From Alphaproteobacteria bacterium (GTDB lineage Bacteria; Pseudomonadota; Alphaproteobacteria; MPNO01), in NCBI GenBank assembly GCA_965248835.1, contig CBDFLJ010000002.1, forward strand, positions 1,856,001 to 1,920,000: DNA of 64,000 nucleotides. The letters run 5' to 3'. Each line of letters starts with the position of its first letter. Position 1 is the first letter of the stretch. This document shows, in pieces, positions 9,150 through 18,536 of the stretch. Below the pieces are notes generated by a model. It saw only the letters and a program-made list of their open reading frames with translations. It was not told where the DNA came from and did not search any database. The translations under genes and the position numbers were made by a program.

Positions 9150-10187
9150 ATGAAAACCTACGGCCTTACCGCAACCCTCGCGGCGGTTTCTCTAGCCGCG
9201 GCGGCATCGGTCCAGACGGCCTCGGCCGAGGACCAGCTTTCCGCCGTCACCTCGCTCGACCAGAACAATGTCCTGGTGGTCAGTTTCCGGACCAACTACG
9301 TCAAGCCCGCGAACGCGATGCTCAAGGGCAGCATCAATATCAAATATCTCGGCGGCCAGGAGATCGTGCCGCCGCGCAAGGCGGTCACGGCGCTGCGGCG
9401 CCAGCAGTTCGACGTGCTGCACAGCCCGACGGCCTACTACATCGGCACCGTGCCGGAAGGGTATGCGATCCTCGCCGCCAACCAGGGTCCGGCGGCGCTG
9501 CGCAAGAACGGCGCCTGGAAGATCCTCCAGGAGATTTACCTCGAGAAGGCGGGCGCCCACCTGCTTGCTTGGGGCGAGAACATGACCTCCTACAACACCT
9601 ACCTGCAGGCCATGCCCAAATTCGACAAGGACGGCGTTCCGGACCTCACCGGTATCAAGATGCGGGCGACCGGCACCTATCGGCCGCTGTTCCGCGCGCT
9701 CGGCGCCTCGACCATCAACATCAAGTCCTCGGAGATCTACACCGCCCTGCAGCGCGGCACCGTCGAGGGCTTCGGCTATACTGACGTCTCGCTGGTTCCG
9801 CTTGGCCTGCACAAGGTCGTCAAATACCGCGTGACGCCGAACTACTACCAGACCAACACCGTCGTGACGGTTAATCCCAAGTCCTGGAACGCGCTGTCCG
9901 GGCAGCAGCGGGATGCGCTGGAAAAGCTCGCGATCGAGTACGAGACCACCTCGATCCATTGGGTGGAGAAGCAGCGGCGGACCGAGGAAGATGAGATCAA
10001 GGCTGCCGGCGTCAAGGACATCGCGCTCAGCGGCGCGGCTGCCGCGAAATATCTCGACATCGCGCACCGCGAGATCTGGAAGCAGCTCAAGGAACGTTCG
10101 AAGTATCACGACAGGCTCAGGCCGCTGATGTACATCCCGGGCAAGCCCAACCGCCAGGCCGACCTCGGCCGCGCGCTCCGCCAATAG
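9150..10187 (+). CDS. dctP: TRAP substrate-binding protein, tandem copy 3
   Basis: ATG at 9150 chosen by homology with copy 2 (MKTYGLTAT); same RBS. Confidence 0.88.
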   Translation: MKTYGLTATLAAVSLAAAASVQTASAEDQLSAVTSLDQNNVLVVSFRTNYVKPANAMLKGSINIKYLGGQEIVPPRKAVTALRRQQFDVLHSPTAYYIGTVPEGYAILAANQGPAALRKNGAWKILQEIYLEKAGAHLLAWGENMTSYNTYLQAMPKFDKDGVPDLTGIKMRATGTYRPLFRALGASTINIKSSEIYTALQRGTVEGFGYTDVSLVPLGLHKVVKYRVTPNYYQTNTVVTVNPKSWNALSGQQRDALEKLAIEYETTSIHWVEKQRRTEEDEIKAAGVKDIALSGAAAAKYLDIAHREIWKQLKERSKYHDRLRPLMYIPGKPNRQADLGRALRQ

Positions 10188-10199
10188 GACGCTCCGTCC

Positions 10200-10718
10200 T
10201 TGCTGGAGGCATTCGACAAGAAACTCGAAGCGGTGGTGGGGGCGCTGGTCTGGGTGGCCTGCGCCCTCATCCCGTGCATCTTCATCATGATCACGATCGA
10301 TGTTTCGATCCGTACCATCGGGTTCACGCCGCCGCTGTTTACGTCTTCGATCGTCGAATATGCACTGCTCTACATCGCGATGTGCTCGGCGCCATGGCTG
10401 GTCCGCCAGAAGGGCCACGTCGCGATCGAGGCGTTGGTGGCCATGCTGCCCACCAACGTGCGCGAGCCGCTGGCCAAGATCGTCTATCTGGTCTGCGCGG
10501 TCATCGCGGTCTATTTCGCCTGGCTGTCGGTGGAGCTGTTCATCGAGGCGATCGAGACCGGCAATCTCGATGTCCGCGGCATCGACATGCCCTATTGGAC
10601 CCAGTTCCTTCCGATGCCATTCGGCTACCTTCTGGTGGGGCTGGAGTTCCTGATGTTCTTCCTGGGGCTCAGGCACTACTACACCTACGATCTCGGCGAA
10701 GTGAAGGACAGCGTCTGA
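10200..10718 (+). CDS. dctQ: TRAP small permease
   Basis: 4 TM segments; KGHVAIE motif. Confidence 0.88.
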   Translation: MLEAFDKKLEAVVGALVWVACALIPCIFIMITIDVSIRTIGFTPPLFTSSIVEYALLYIAMCSAPWLVRQKGHVAIEALVAMLPTNVREPLAKIVYLVCAVIAVYFAWLSVELFIEAIETGNLDVRGIDMPYWTQFLPMPFGYLLVGLEFLMFFLGLRHYYTYDLGEVKDSV

Positions 10719-10721
10719 GCG

Positions 10722-12029
10722 ATGGAATGGTATGAAGCAGGGGCGGCCCTCCTCGGCTGCGTCGTCGCCGGCATGGCGTTGGGCTTCCCGGTCGCGTTTA
10801 CATTTCTGATCGCCAACGTCTTGGGCATGTTCGTCTTCGCCAACGGCTGGTCGAACCTGATCCAGATCGCCGACAACGCGCCGCAGCTCATCACCACCTT
10901 CACCCTGTCGCCGATCCCGATGTTCATCCTGATGGGGGCGCTGTTCTTCCATACCGGGTTGGCGATCCGTGTGTTCGACGCGCTCGACAAGCTGCTCGGG
11001 CGGATCCCCGGGCGGCTGTGCTTCCTGACGGTGATCGGCGGCTCGCTGTTCTCGACGCTGACCGGCTCGACGATGGCCAATACCGCCATGCTGGGCTCGC
11101 TGCTGGTGCCGGAGATGACCCGGCGCGGCTACAACAAGCGCATGTCGATGGGCCCGATCCTGGGCACCGGCGGGCTGGCGATGATCATCCCGCCGTCATC
11201 GCTGGGCGTGCTGCTGGCTTCGATCGCGGGCGTCGACGTCGGCGCGCTGCTGATCGCGGGCCTCTTGCCGGGCTTCCTGCTGGCCGTTCTCTACGCCGCG
11301 ATGATCCTGTTCCAGCTCTATATCAACCCGGAGGCCGCGCCGAGCTACGAGATCGAGTCCACGACCTGGCGTGAGAAGCTCTACCAAGTCGTGGTCAACA
11401 TCCTGCCGATGAGCCTGGTCGTGTTCATGGTCATCGGGTTCATCGTCCTGGGCTGGGCGACGCCTTCGGAGTCGGCCTCCTTCGGGGTGGTCGGCGTGTG
11501 CATCCTGGCCATCGCCTTCCGCGCGTTTACCTGGAAGGCGTTCAAGACCTCGCTGGTCGGCGCGATCCGCGTCGTCGGCATGGTCTTCTTCATCCTGATG
11601 AACTCCACGGTGTTCAGCCAGCTCCTTGCGATGTCGGGCGCGGGCCGCGGGCTGACGGAATGGGCGACCGGGTTCGAAGTGGCCCCGCTGGTGATCCTGT
11701 CGGCGATGTTCGTGGTCCTGATCGTGCTCGGCATGTTCATGGACCAAGTCTCCATGATGCTGATCACGGTGCCGATCTTCTACCCGATCGCCCAGACTCT
11801 GGGCTACGACCTGATCTGGTTCTCGCTGATCGTGCTGATGTCGCTGGAGATGAGCGCGACCACGCCGCCCTTCGGGTTGCTGCTCTACATCATGATGGGA
11901 ATGGTGCGCGGGACATCGCTGTTCGAGGTCGCCTCGTATGCGATTCCGTTCCTGTTCTGCGACCTGATCCTGATCATCATCCTGGTCATCGCACCGGGCA
12001 TTGCGCTGTATTTGCCGAGTCTGATGTGA
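10722..12029 (+). CDS. dctM: TRAP large permease
   Basis: PIPMFILMG, IIPPSS, TPSESAS and TTPPFG motifs. Confidence 0.92.
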   Translation: MEWYEAGAALLGCVVAGMALGFPVAFTFLIANVLGMFVFANGWSNLIQIADNAPQLITTFTLSPIPMFILMGALFFHTGLAIRVFDALDKLLGRIPGRLCFLTVIGGSLFSTLTGSTMANTAMLGSLLVPEMTRRGYNKRMSMGPILGTGGLAMIIPPSSLGVLLASIAGVDVGALLIAGLLPGFLLAVLYAAMILFQLYINPEAAPSYEIESTTWREKLYQVVVNILPMSLVVFMVIGFIVLGWATPSESASFGVVGVCILAIAFRAFTWKAFKTSLVGAIRVVGMVFFILMNSTVFSQLLAMSGAGRGLTEWATGFEVAPLVILSAMFVVLIVLGMFMDQVSMMLITVPIFYPIAQTLGYDLIWFSLIVLMSLEMSATTPPFGLLLYIMMGMVRGTSLFEVASYAIPFLFCDLILIIILVIAPGIALYLPSLM

Positions 12030-12075
12030 GAGCCGGCCGCTTCGGGCGGCCGGGAGCATGAAGGGGGAATGGGCG

Positions 12076-12945
12076 ATGGATCCGCGCGATCGCATCGAGT
12101 ACAGCGCCATCGTCGACCGGGCGCCGCTCAAGCTGCCCGACGGCGCGCGGATCATCGTCTGGCCGGTCTTCAACATCGAGAACTGGGACACCAACGCGCC
12201 GATGCCGCGCGCGATCCTGACCCCGCCGGGCGAGCAGCTCTTCGTCCCCGACATCCCCAACTGGAGCTGGCAGGAATACGGCATGCGGGTCGGGTTCTGG
12301 CGCATCAAGGCGGCCTTCGACCGGCTCGGCATCAAGCCGACATTCTCGCTCAACGCCTCGGTCTGCGACGTCTATCCGCGGGTGGCCCAGGCTGCGCTCG
12401 ATGCCGGCTGGGAGTTCCTGCCGCACACCTATCACCAGATGCCGATGCACAAGCTCGATGACGAGCGCAAGACCATCCGCGAGACCGTCGCGCGGATCGA
12501 GGCGTTCACCGGTACCCGGCCGCGCGGCTGGATCGGCCCCGGCCTGACCCAGACCTACGAGACCTCGGACCTTCTGGTCGAGGAGGGGCTGGACTATGTG
12601 GCGGACTTCGTCTGGGACGACGAGCCGACGACGGTGCGCACGCGGGCGGGCGATCTGGTCAACGTGCCCTATTCGGTCGAGCTCAACGACATCGCGATGA
12701 TGCTCCTGCAGCATCACCGGGCGGATGAGCTCTACGCTCGCACCATGGACCAGTTCGAGCGGCTTTACGAGGAAGGTGCGGAGCGCGCCAAGGTGATGGG
12801 CTTCGGCATCCACCCCTATATCAGCGGCGTGCCCCACCGCATCAAGCATCTCGAGGCGATGCTGGCCCAGATCGCCGCGCGGCCCGGCGTCCTGTTCTGG
12901 TCCGGCGCGGAGATCGTCGACTGGTACAAGGCCGCTTCGGGCTGA
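12076..12945 (+). CDS. Polysaccharide deacetylase (CE4) family, PuuE/allantoinase-like
   Basis: WQEYGMRVGFWR, RPRGWIGPGL, VPYSVELND and IHPYISGVPHR motifs. Confidence 0.85.
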   Translation: MDPRDRIEYSAIVDRAPLKLPDGARIIVWPVFNIENWDTNAPMPRAILTPPGEQLFVPDIPNWSWQEYGMRVGFWRIKAAFDRLGIKPTFSLNASVCDVYPRVAQAALDAGWEFLPHTYHQMPMHKLDDERKTIRETVARIEAFTGTRPRGWIGPGLTQTYETSDLLVEEGLDYVADFVWDDEPTTVRTRAGDLVNVPYSVELNDIAMMLLQHHRADELYARTMDQFERLYEEGAERAKVMGFGIHPYISGVPHRIKHLEAMLAQIAARPGVLFWSGAEIVDWYKAASG

Positions 12946-12989
12946 AGGAAGAAGGGGCAGCACCGTTTTCGCGGTGCCGCCGGCAAGGC

Positions 12990-13898
12990 GTGGTCGGCGG
13001 TGGAGGGCGATCGACGAGCCGCGCCGGCCCGGCCGCGCGCATGCTGCCCGACGGCAAGCGGCTGCATCTACAGCACGGCCCGATCGACCTGATCATCGGG
13101 GCCGCGGGGCCTGCAGCCGAAGTCCGCGCGGCCTACGCCCGCGCCACGGACCGTTTTCAGGATGTGCTCGATCGCCTGGTCGGTGAGCTGCCGCTGTTGC
13201 GCCGCCCGATCGCTGCGCCGCGGCCGCTGCCGGACGGGCCGGTCGCGCGGCGCATGGTCGCGGCCGTGTGGCCGCACCGTGCCGTCTTCGTCACCCCGAT
13301 GGCCGCGGTCGCCGGCGCGGTGGCCGATGAGATGCTCGCGGCAATGACGGAAGGGCAGCGGCTGGAGACGGCCTACGTCAACAACGGCGGTGACATCGCG
13401 GTCCACCTGGCCGAAGGCGCCCGCCTGAGGCTCGGCATCGTCGGCGAGATCGACAACCCGGCGATCGATGCCACCGCGGCGATCAGCCACGGGAGTCCGG
13501 TTCGAGGCATCGCCACCAGCGGCTGGCGCGGCCGTAGCTGGTCCTTCGGCATCGCCGATGCGGTGACCGTGCTGGCGACCAGCGCCGCCGCCGCCGATGT
13601 CGCCGCGACCCTGATCGCCAACGAGGTGACGGTCGATCACCCGGCGATTACCCGTGCGCCCGCCTCCGAGATCGACGATAACACCGATCTCGGCCGGCGC
13701 CCGGTCATCGTTGCGGTCGGCGACCTCGACCCCGCCGCGGTCGCAGCGGCGCTGGACCGCGGCGCGTCGTGTGCCGAGGCGATGCGCAGGGCTGGACACG
13801 CTACCGCGGCGATGCTGGTATTGTGCGGGGACCGCCGCATCGTCGGCGAGGCCGAGGCGCTTGCCGCCGGCACCAGAGAGGACCGAAGCGATGGATGA
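12990..13898 (+). CDS. UPF0280 family protein (ApbE superfamily)
   Basis: LHLQHGPIDL, TPMAAVAGAVAD, YVNNGGDIA and GIATSGWRGRS..FGIADAVTV motifs. Start uncertain. Confidence 0.85.
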   Translation: MVGGGGRSTSRAGPAARMLPDGKRLHLQHGPIDLIIGAAGPAAEVRAAYARATDRFQDVLDRLVGELPLLRRPIAAPRPLPDGPVARRMVAAVWPHRAVFVTPMAAVAGAVADEMLAAMTEGQRLETAYVNNGGDIAVHLAEGARLRLGIVGEIDNPAIDATAAISHGSPVRGIATSGWRGRSWSFGIADAVTVLATSAAAADVAATLIANEVTVDHPAITRAPASEIDDNTDLGRRPVIVAVGDLDPAAVAAALDRGASCAEAMRRAGHATAAMLVLCGDRRIVGEAEALAAGTREDRSDG

Positions 13899-14520
13899 CG
13901 CCCGCAGCGTGATCGAGACTGCCGCCGAGGGCGATTTCGGCGAGCTGGTAAAAGTCAGAAAATTCGTCATGCATGTCGAGGAGGTGCTGCACGAGTTCGG
14001 CCCGCCGGCCGAAACGCCGCAATGGAAGGGCTATATCGCCGCGGTCACCGGCAACCCCTATGCCGGGCGCTATGTCGAGGACCTGATGCCGCTCATGGAC
14101 GCGCTGAAGCCGCTCGGCCTTGCGATGGCCAGGCGGCTGATGGACGTGCTGGGCGGCCCCGACCGGATCGTCGCCTACGGCAAGTCGGCCATTGTCGGCG
14201 AGAACGGCGAGCTCGAGCACGCCGCCCTCTGGCACGAGCCCGGCGGCTACGGCATGCGCCAGCTGATGGAGAAATCGGCCGCGATCGTTCCCAGCACCAA
14301 GAAGGTCGGCGGCCCGGGCTGTGCGGTCGATGTCCCGATCGCCCACGCCAATGCGGCCTATGTACGCTCGCACTTCGATGCGATCGAATGCTCGATCCCC
14401 GACGCGCCACGCGCCAACGAGATCGTCTGGATCCAGTCGATGTCGACCGCGCCCCGCATATACGACCGGGCCGGCGGTCTCAAGGACGCCGATACCAAGG
14501 GTGAGGACGGGCTGCGATAG
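13891..14520 (+). CDS. 'Amino acid synthesis' family protein (AA_synth/DUF1185)
   Basis: NPYAGRYVEDL, YGKSAIVGENGELEH, YVRSHFD and DAPRANE motifs; overlaps the UPF0280 stop. Confidence 0.85.
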   Translation: MDDARSVIETAAEGDFGELVKVRKFVMHVEEVLHEFGPPAETPQWKGYIAAVTGNPYAGRYVEDLMPLMDALKPLGLAMARRLMDVLGGPDRIVAYGKSAIVGENGELEHAALWHEPGGYGMRQLMEKSAAIVPSTKKVGGPGCAVDVPIAHANAAYVRSHFDAIECSIPDAPRANEIVWIQSMSTAPRIYDRAGGLKDADTKGEDGLR

Positions 14521-14655
14521 GCCCGCCGAGCGCGAACGGCGGGCGTGACTTCGGCCGGATTATGGTCGAGAATCGATCAGGCTTCGAGGATCACGATCAC
14601 AATTGGGATTCCCGGTCGAGGCGGCGAATCGAACAGCGAGCCGAAGAGGTTGGAG

Positions 14656-15858
14656 ATGAATGATCAAGCCGATGCCGTGGCAATCGAGACCGCGGCAGAG
14701 GAGGTCATCGAGCGGGCCGCGGCGATCGCGCCGGTCCTGAAGGAGCGTGCGCGCAAAGCCGAGGAGCTGCGACGGCTGCCGGCCGAGAACGTCGCAGCGG
14801 TGCAAAAGGCCGGCCTGTTGAAAGTGCTCCAGCCCAGGCGCTTCGGCGGCTACCAGTTTGACCTCCACACCCATCTCGACGTGGTCAGCGAGGTCGCGCG
14901 CGGATGCGGCTCGACCGGGTGGTGCCTGGGCGTGATGCACGCCCATAGCTGGCTCTCCGGCCTGCTGCCCGAGGATGCCCAGAAGGAGCTCTACGGCGCC
15001 AACCCCGATGCGATCATCTCGGCGGTCATCGCCCCGCGCGGCACCGCGAGGAAGGTGGACGGCGGCTACGTGCTCAACGGCTTCTGGCCCTTCGGCTCGG
15101 GTTGCGAGCATTCGGACTGGCTTTTCCTCGGCGCAGCCGTCCAGGACGAGCACGGCGAGACCACCGACGAGGCCGATTTCCTGATCCCCACCGCCGACAT
15201 AGAAATCAGGGACGACTGGCACGTGGTGGGCCTGCGCGGAACCGGGAGTTGCAGTCTCGTCGCCAAGGATGTCTTCGTGCCCGCGCACCGCTACATCTCC
15301 CTGATCGCCGCGATCGCGGGGAACTATCCCGGCGCACACCTGCATGACGGCTGGCTCCACAAGGCGGCCTTCGTCCCGGTGCTGGCGATCGCGCTGACCG
15401 GGCCGGCGCTGGGCGTCGCCAAGGCCGCGCTCGAGGACTTCAAGGCCTACGTCCCCGGCCGGACCATCGCCTATACGCCCGAAGAGGTGCAGATCGACAA
15501 CACCGCGACCCATCTCGAGGTCGCCGAGGCGTCGATCAAGATCGATGCCGCGCACTTGCTGCTCCACCGCAGCGCCGATGACATCGAGGACGCGGCCAAG
15601 GCGGGCGGAGAGATGCCGCTGGAGATCCGCGCTCGGGTGCGGATGGACTGCGCCTACGCGGTCCGGCTGTGCCTGGAGGCGGTGGAGATCCTTTATCTCG
15701 CCACCGGCGGCAGCGGGATCGCCGCGAAAAACCCGATCCAGCGGGCGCAACGCGACATCCACGCCATCAACATGCATGGGCTTCTGTCGCTGAAGACGAA
15801 TCTGGAGATGTACGGCCGCATCCTGCTGGGACTGCCGCAGAACACGCCGCTGATCTGA
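14656..15858 (+). CDS. Acyl-CoA dehydrogenase-fold flavin-dependent monooxygenase (HsaA/DszC-like oxygenase)
   Basis: QPRRFGG, WPFGSGCEHSDW, DDWHVVGLRGTGS and NPIQRAQRD motifs. Confidence 0.85.
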   Translation: MNDQADAVAIETAAEEVIERAAAIAPVLKERARKAEELRRLPAENVAAVQKAGLLKVLQPRRFGGYQFDLHTHLDVVSEVARGCGSTGWCLGVMHAHSWLSGLLPEDAQKELYGANPDAIISAVIAPRGTARKVDGGYVLNGFWPFGSGCEHSDWLFLGAAVQDEHGETTDEADFLIPTADIEIRDDWHVVGLRGTGSCSLVAKDVFVPAHRYISLIAAIAGNYPGAHLHDGWLHKAAFVPVLAIALTGPALGVAKAALEDFKAYVPGRTIAYTPEEVQIDNTATHLEVAEASIKIDAAHLLLHRSADDIEDAAKAGGEMPLEIRARVRMDCAYAVRLCLEAVEILYLATGGSGIAAKNPIQRAQRDIHAINMHGLLSLKTNLEMYGRILLGLPQNTPLI

Positions 15859-16014
15859 GCGCGGCCGCCAGCGCAACATCGCACGCAGGAGGCGCTCGTG
15901 CGCTGAGGACGGTCCGCCCGCCCCGCTTATCTCCGAATTCCGAATTACTCTGCCGGGTTGTGCGGGGCTCCGGGATAGAATGGCCGCCGCAAACGAATAC
16001 GGAGACTGGACGAT

Positions 16015-18453
16015 TTGCCGGCGCGTTCGAGCCATCGACCACCGTCTCGTTCGGTGACAAGACGGCCGTCCACCGCCCCGGTCCGCCGGAGCGGCGACGA
16101 AAGCGAGCGCACGACCGCGGTCTACCTGTCGCTGTCGCTGCACGCGGTAGCCGCGGTCGCCTTGCTGATCGGCTACCTGACCAGGTCGGATCTGCCGACC
16201 ATTACCCTCCACCAGGAAATCGATATCGTCTCGGTCAGCGAGTTCGACCCACTGTGGTCCGGACGCCTGCTCACCCGCGAGCCCTTGGACAGCGCGGACC
16301 GTGCGGCCCGCGTCAAGCCCGCCGACGCCGCATCGGAGCCGGTACCGACGCTGGCGGCCGCGCCGCCGGGCGAGCCGTTGCGCCAGACCCCCGAGACCGC
16401 GCCGTCGGCGCGCTCCCCGCTGCGGCCAGAGGTCGTGTCGCAGGAGGCGGACGATCAAGCAGTGCGCCCGCCGGCCTCCGGCACGCCGGAAAGCGCAAGC
16501 GAGGCACCGGCTTCCAACGGAGCGGCGATCGCTGCGGTCGGCGCCTCGGGCATCGAGCGGCCGACTGCGCGGCAGGAGCGCAGCCAGCCGCGATCCATTC
16601 GCGCCCCGGTGGCGGTCCGCAGCATCCCGACACCCGACTCCGTGCGCCGCGCGCCGATCGCCGTCTCGCCGTCCAGGGCACCGGAAAGCGCGGCCCGACC
16701 GGTCCCCGGCTTGATCGCCGGAGCGCCGGCCGGAGTCTCCGAAACCGCGGGCCGACCGGCGCGCGCTCTGGCAGCCGGCGGACCGGCCACGGCACCGGAA
16801 GACACCGCCCGCCCGGCCCCCAGCTTGATCGCCGGAGCACCGGCCGGGGTCCCCGAAAGCAAGGGCCCGCCAGCGCGCGCTGCGGCATCGGGCGGACCGG
16901 CCAGGGCACCGGAAAATACCGCCCGCCCGATCGCCGGTGTGATCGCCGGAGCACCGGCCGGAGTCCCCGAAACCGTGGGCCGACCAGCGAACGCTCCGGC
17001 ATCCGGCAGACCGGCAAGGGCACCGGAAAATACCGCCCGCCCGATCCCCGGTGTGATCGCCGGAGCACCGGCCGAACTTTCACCCAGCCGGAATCGTCCG
17101 GTACGCGCACCTGTGTCCAACAGCCCGGCCGAGGCGCCGGAGATCGCCAACCGACAGCCACCTGCCCCCGTCTCGGACGATCCGGCGGATGCGCCGGAAG
17201 GCGAGACGCCGCCCCGCATCCGATCGGTCGATGTCGCGGTGGCAGCGCCGCGTCCGGCCGCCGCTCCGCTGCGGGCAGGCGAGGTCAAATCGCCGGACCG
17301 GCGCCACCCCCCCGCCGCCGCGCTGGACAGCCTCGCGCCGGCCAGCAGCCGGCTGGAGACGGCCGTCGAGGCTCCGCACGGCGGAGCGCAAGCAGAGGCC
17401 GGGAGCCCTGCTTTAGCCGCGGAGGGACGGCTGCCGGCCAGCGTTGAGGCCGACGGCTCGCCACGCAGGTTCCTGCGCGCGGCGGCCGCCGGCGCGGCGG
17501 CCTCGGCGATCGAACTGTCTTTCAGGGAAACCGGCACCGAAGCCGCAGGCGGACGGGCGGCGCCGGAACCGGTCGAAGGGGTCGATACCGCCTCGATCCC
17601 GGCCAGGATCAACGCCGCCGACGTGCTCGATGGGCTCCTGCCGTTTCAGCGGCCGAAGCCGACGCCGGCGCCCACCCCGGCGCCCACCTCGGCCGCCGAC
17701 CTGAGCAAGATCGCCGGGCTGCTGGCCGGGGTCGCCTGCGGCCGACTGTCGGGTGATCTGGATGAGACGACGGGATCGCTGCGGCTTGACGGCCATGTTC
17801 CCTCGCTGACCGAGCGCGCCAAGATCGTCGGCGCGCTGGCCAGGATCGAGGGGATCACCGAAATCCGCGATGGTGGCACGGTCATCCTGCCGCAGCCGCT
17901 GTGTCAGGTGCTGGATACGCTCCGCACCGCGGGGTTGAGCGCATCGAAAGCCCATCAGGTCCGCCCGCAGATGCTCGCCCGCCCGACCCAGGCCGGCATC
18001 AAGCGGTTCGCTCACGGCGAGAGGATCGTCGTGCGCCTGACCACGCCGCGCTGGCCCGCCTACGTCCATGTCGATTTCTACGATCTGCGCGGACAGGTGA
18101 CGCACCTGGTTCCCAACCCCCAGGTGAAACGGAACCGGTTCGAGCCGGGGAGCGTCCTGTCGATCGGCGAGCAAGGCTCCGGCACGGAGCTGCGCGCCGG
18201 TGCGCCCTACGGGGTGAATATCCTGGTCGCGATCGGTACCTCGCACCCCCTGTTCGACCGTGCCCGCCCCCCGGTCGAATCCGCTGACGGCTACCTCGCG
18301 GATCTCGCGAGCGTGATCGCCCGATTGCGCCGTGCGGACACCGAGGTCGCAGAGGAATACGTCTATGTCTTCCTGATCACCCAGGACATTCGACGGCGCA
18401 GCGAGGCGGCCGGAAACCGACGCGGAAATAGACTTGCCTCCGGGGCCCGGTGA
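16015..18453 (+). CDS. Membrane-anchored Pro/Ala-rich protein, TolA/TonB-like N-terminus and DUF4384-like C-terminus
   Basis: Single TM (YLSLSLHAVAAVALL); long low-complexity linker; C-terminal YVHVDFYD..G.VTHLVPN...APYG. TTG start uncertain. Confidence 0.65.
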   Translation: MPARSSHRPPSRSVTRRPSTAPVRRSGDESERTTAVYLSLSLHAVAAVALLIGYLTRSDLPTITLHQEIDIVSVSEFDPLWSGRLLTREPLDSADRAARVKPADAASEPVPTLAAAPPGEPLRQTPETAPSARSPLRPEVVSQEADDQAVRPPASGTPESASEAPASNGAAIAAVGASGIERPTARQERSQPRSIRAPVAVRSIPTPDSVRRAPIAVSPSRAPESAARPVPGLIAGAPAGVSETAGRPARALAAGGPATAPEDTARPAPSLIAGAPAGVPESKGPPARAAASGGPARAPENTARPIAGVIAGAPAGVPETVGRPANAPASGRPARAPENTARPIPGVIAGAPAELSPSRNRPVRAPVSNSPAEAPEIANRQPPAPVSDDPADAPEGETPPRIRSVDVAVAAPRPAAAPLRAGEVKSPDRRHPPAAALDSLAPASSRLETAVEAPHGGAQAEAGSPALAAEGRLPASVEADGSPRRFLRAAAAGAAASAIELSFRETGTEAAGGRAAPEPVEGVDTASIPARINAADVLDGLLPFQRPKPTPAPTPAPTSAADLSKIAGLLAGVACGRLSGDLDETTGSLRLDGHVPSLTERAKIVGALARIEGITEIRDGGTVILPQPLCQVLDTLRTAGLSASKAHQVRPQMLARPTQAGIKRFAHGERIVVRLTTPRWPAYVHVDFYDLRGQVTHLVPNPQVKRNRFEPGSVLSIGEQGSGTELRAGAPYGVNILVAIGTSHPLFDRARPPVESADGYLADLASVIARLRRADTEVAEEYVYVFLITQDIRRRSEAAGNRRGNRLASGAR
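16678..17076 (+). repeat. Intragenic tandem repeat, 114 bp (38 aa) x about 3.5
   Basis: GCACCGGAA recurs at 16678, 16792, 16906 and 17020; unit APExxARPxxGxIAGAPAGVxE. Confidence 0.92.
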
Positions 18454-18536
18454 CGGCAGGTTAGAGCATATTCTGAACCCGCCGAACCGGGCCGCCGAGT
18501 CGTCCGGCTAGCCCCCGAAGGCGTCTGAACGAGAGT

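Larger units (their letters stand above)
7862..9307 (+). repeat. Direct repeat, 1132-bp period: dctP 3' end + 94-bp intergenic + next dctP 5' end (about 7862-8175 vs 8994-9307)
   Basis: Intergenic regions 7924-8017 and 9056-9149 differ at 4 positions by manual alignment; flanking CDS ends are near-identical. Confidence 0.92.

Noticed and set aside
6889-10187. dctP repeats as a diversity-generating retroelement or shufflon
   Set aside because: No reverse transcriptase or invertase; differences are not adenine-specific; repeats are direct and gene-sized.
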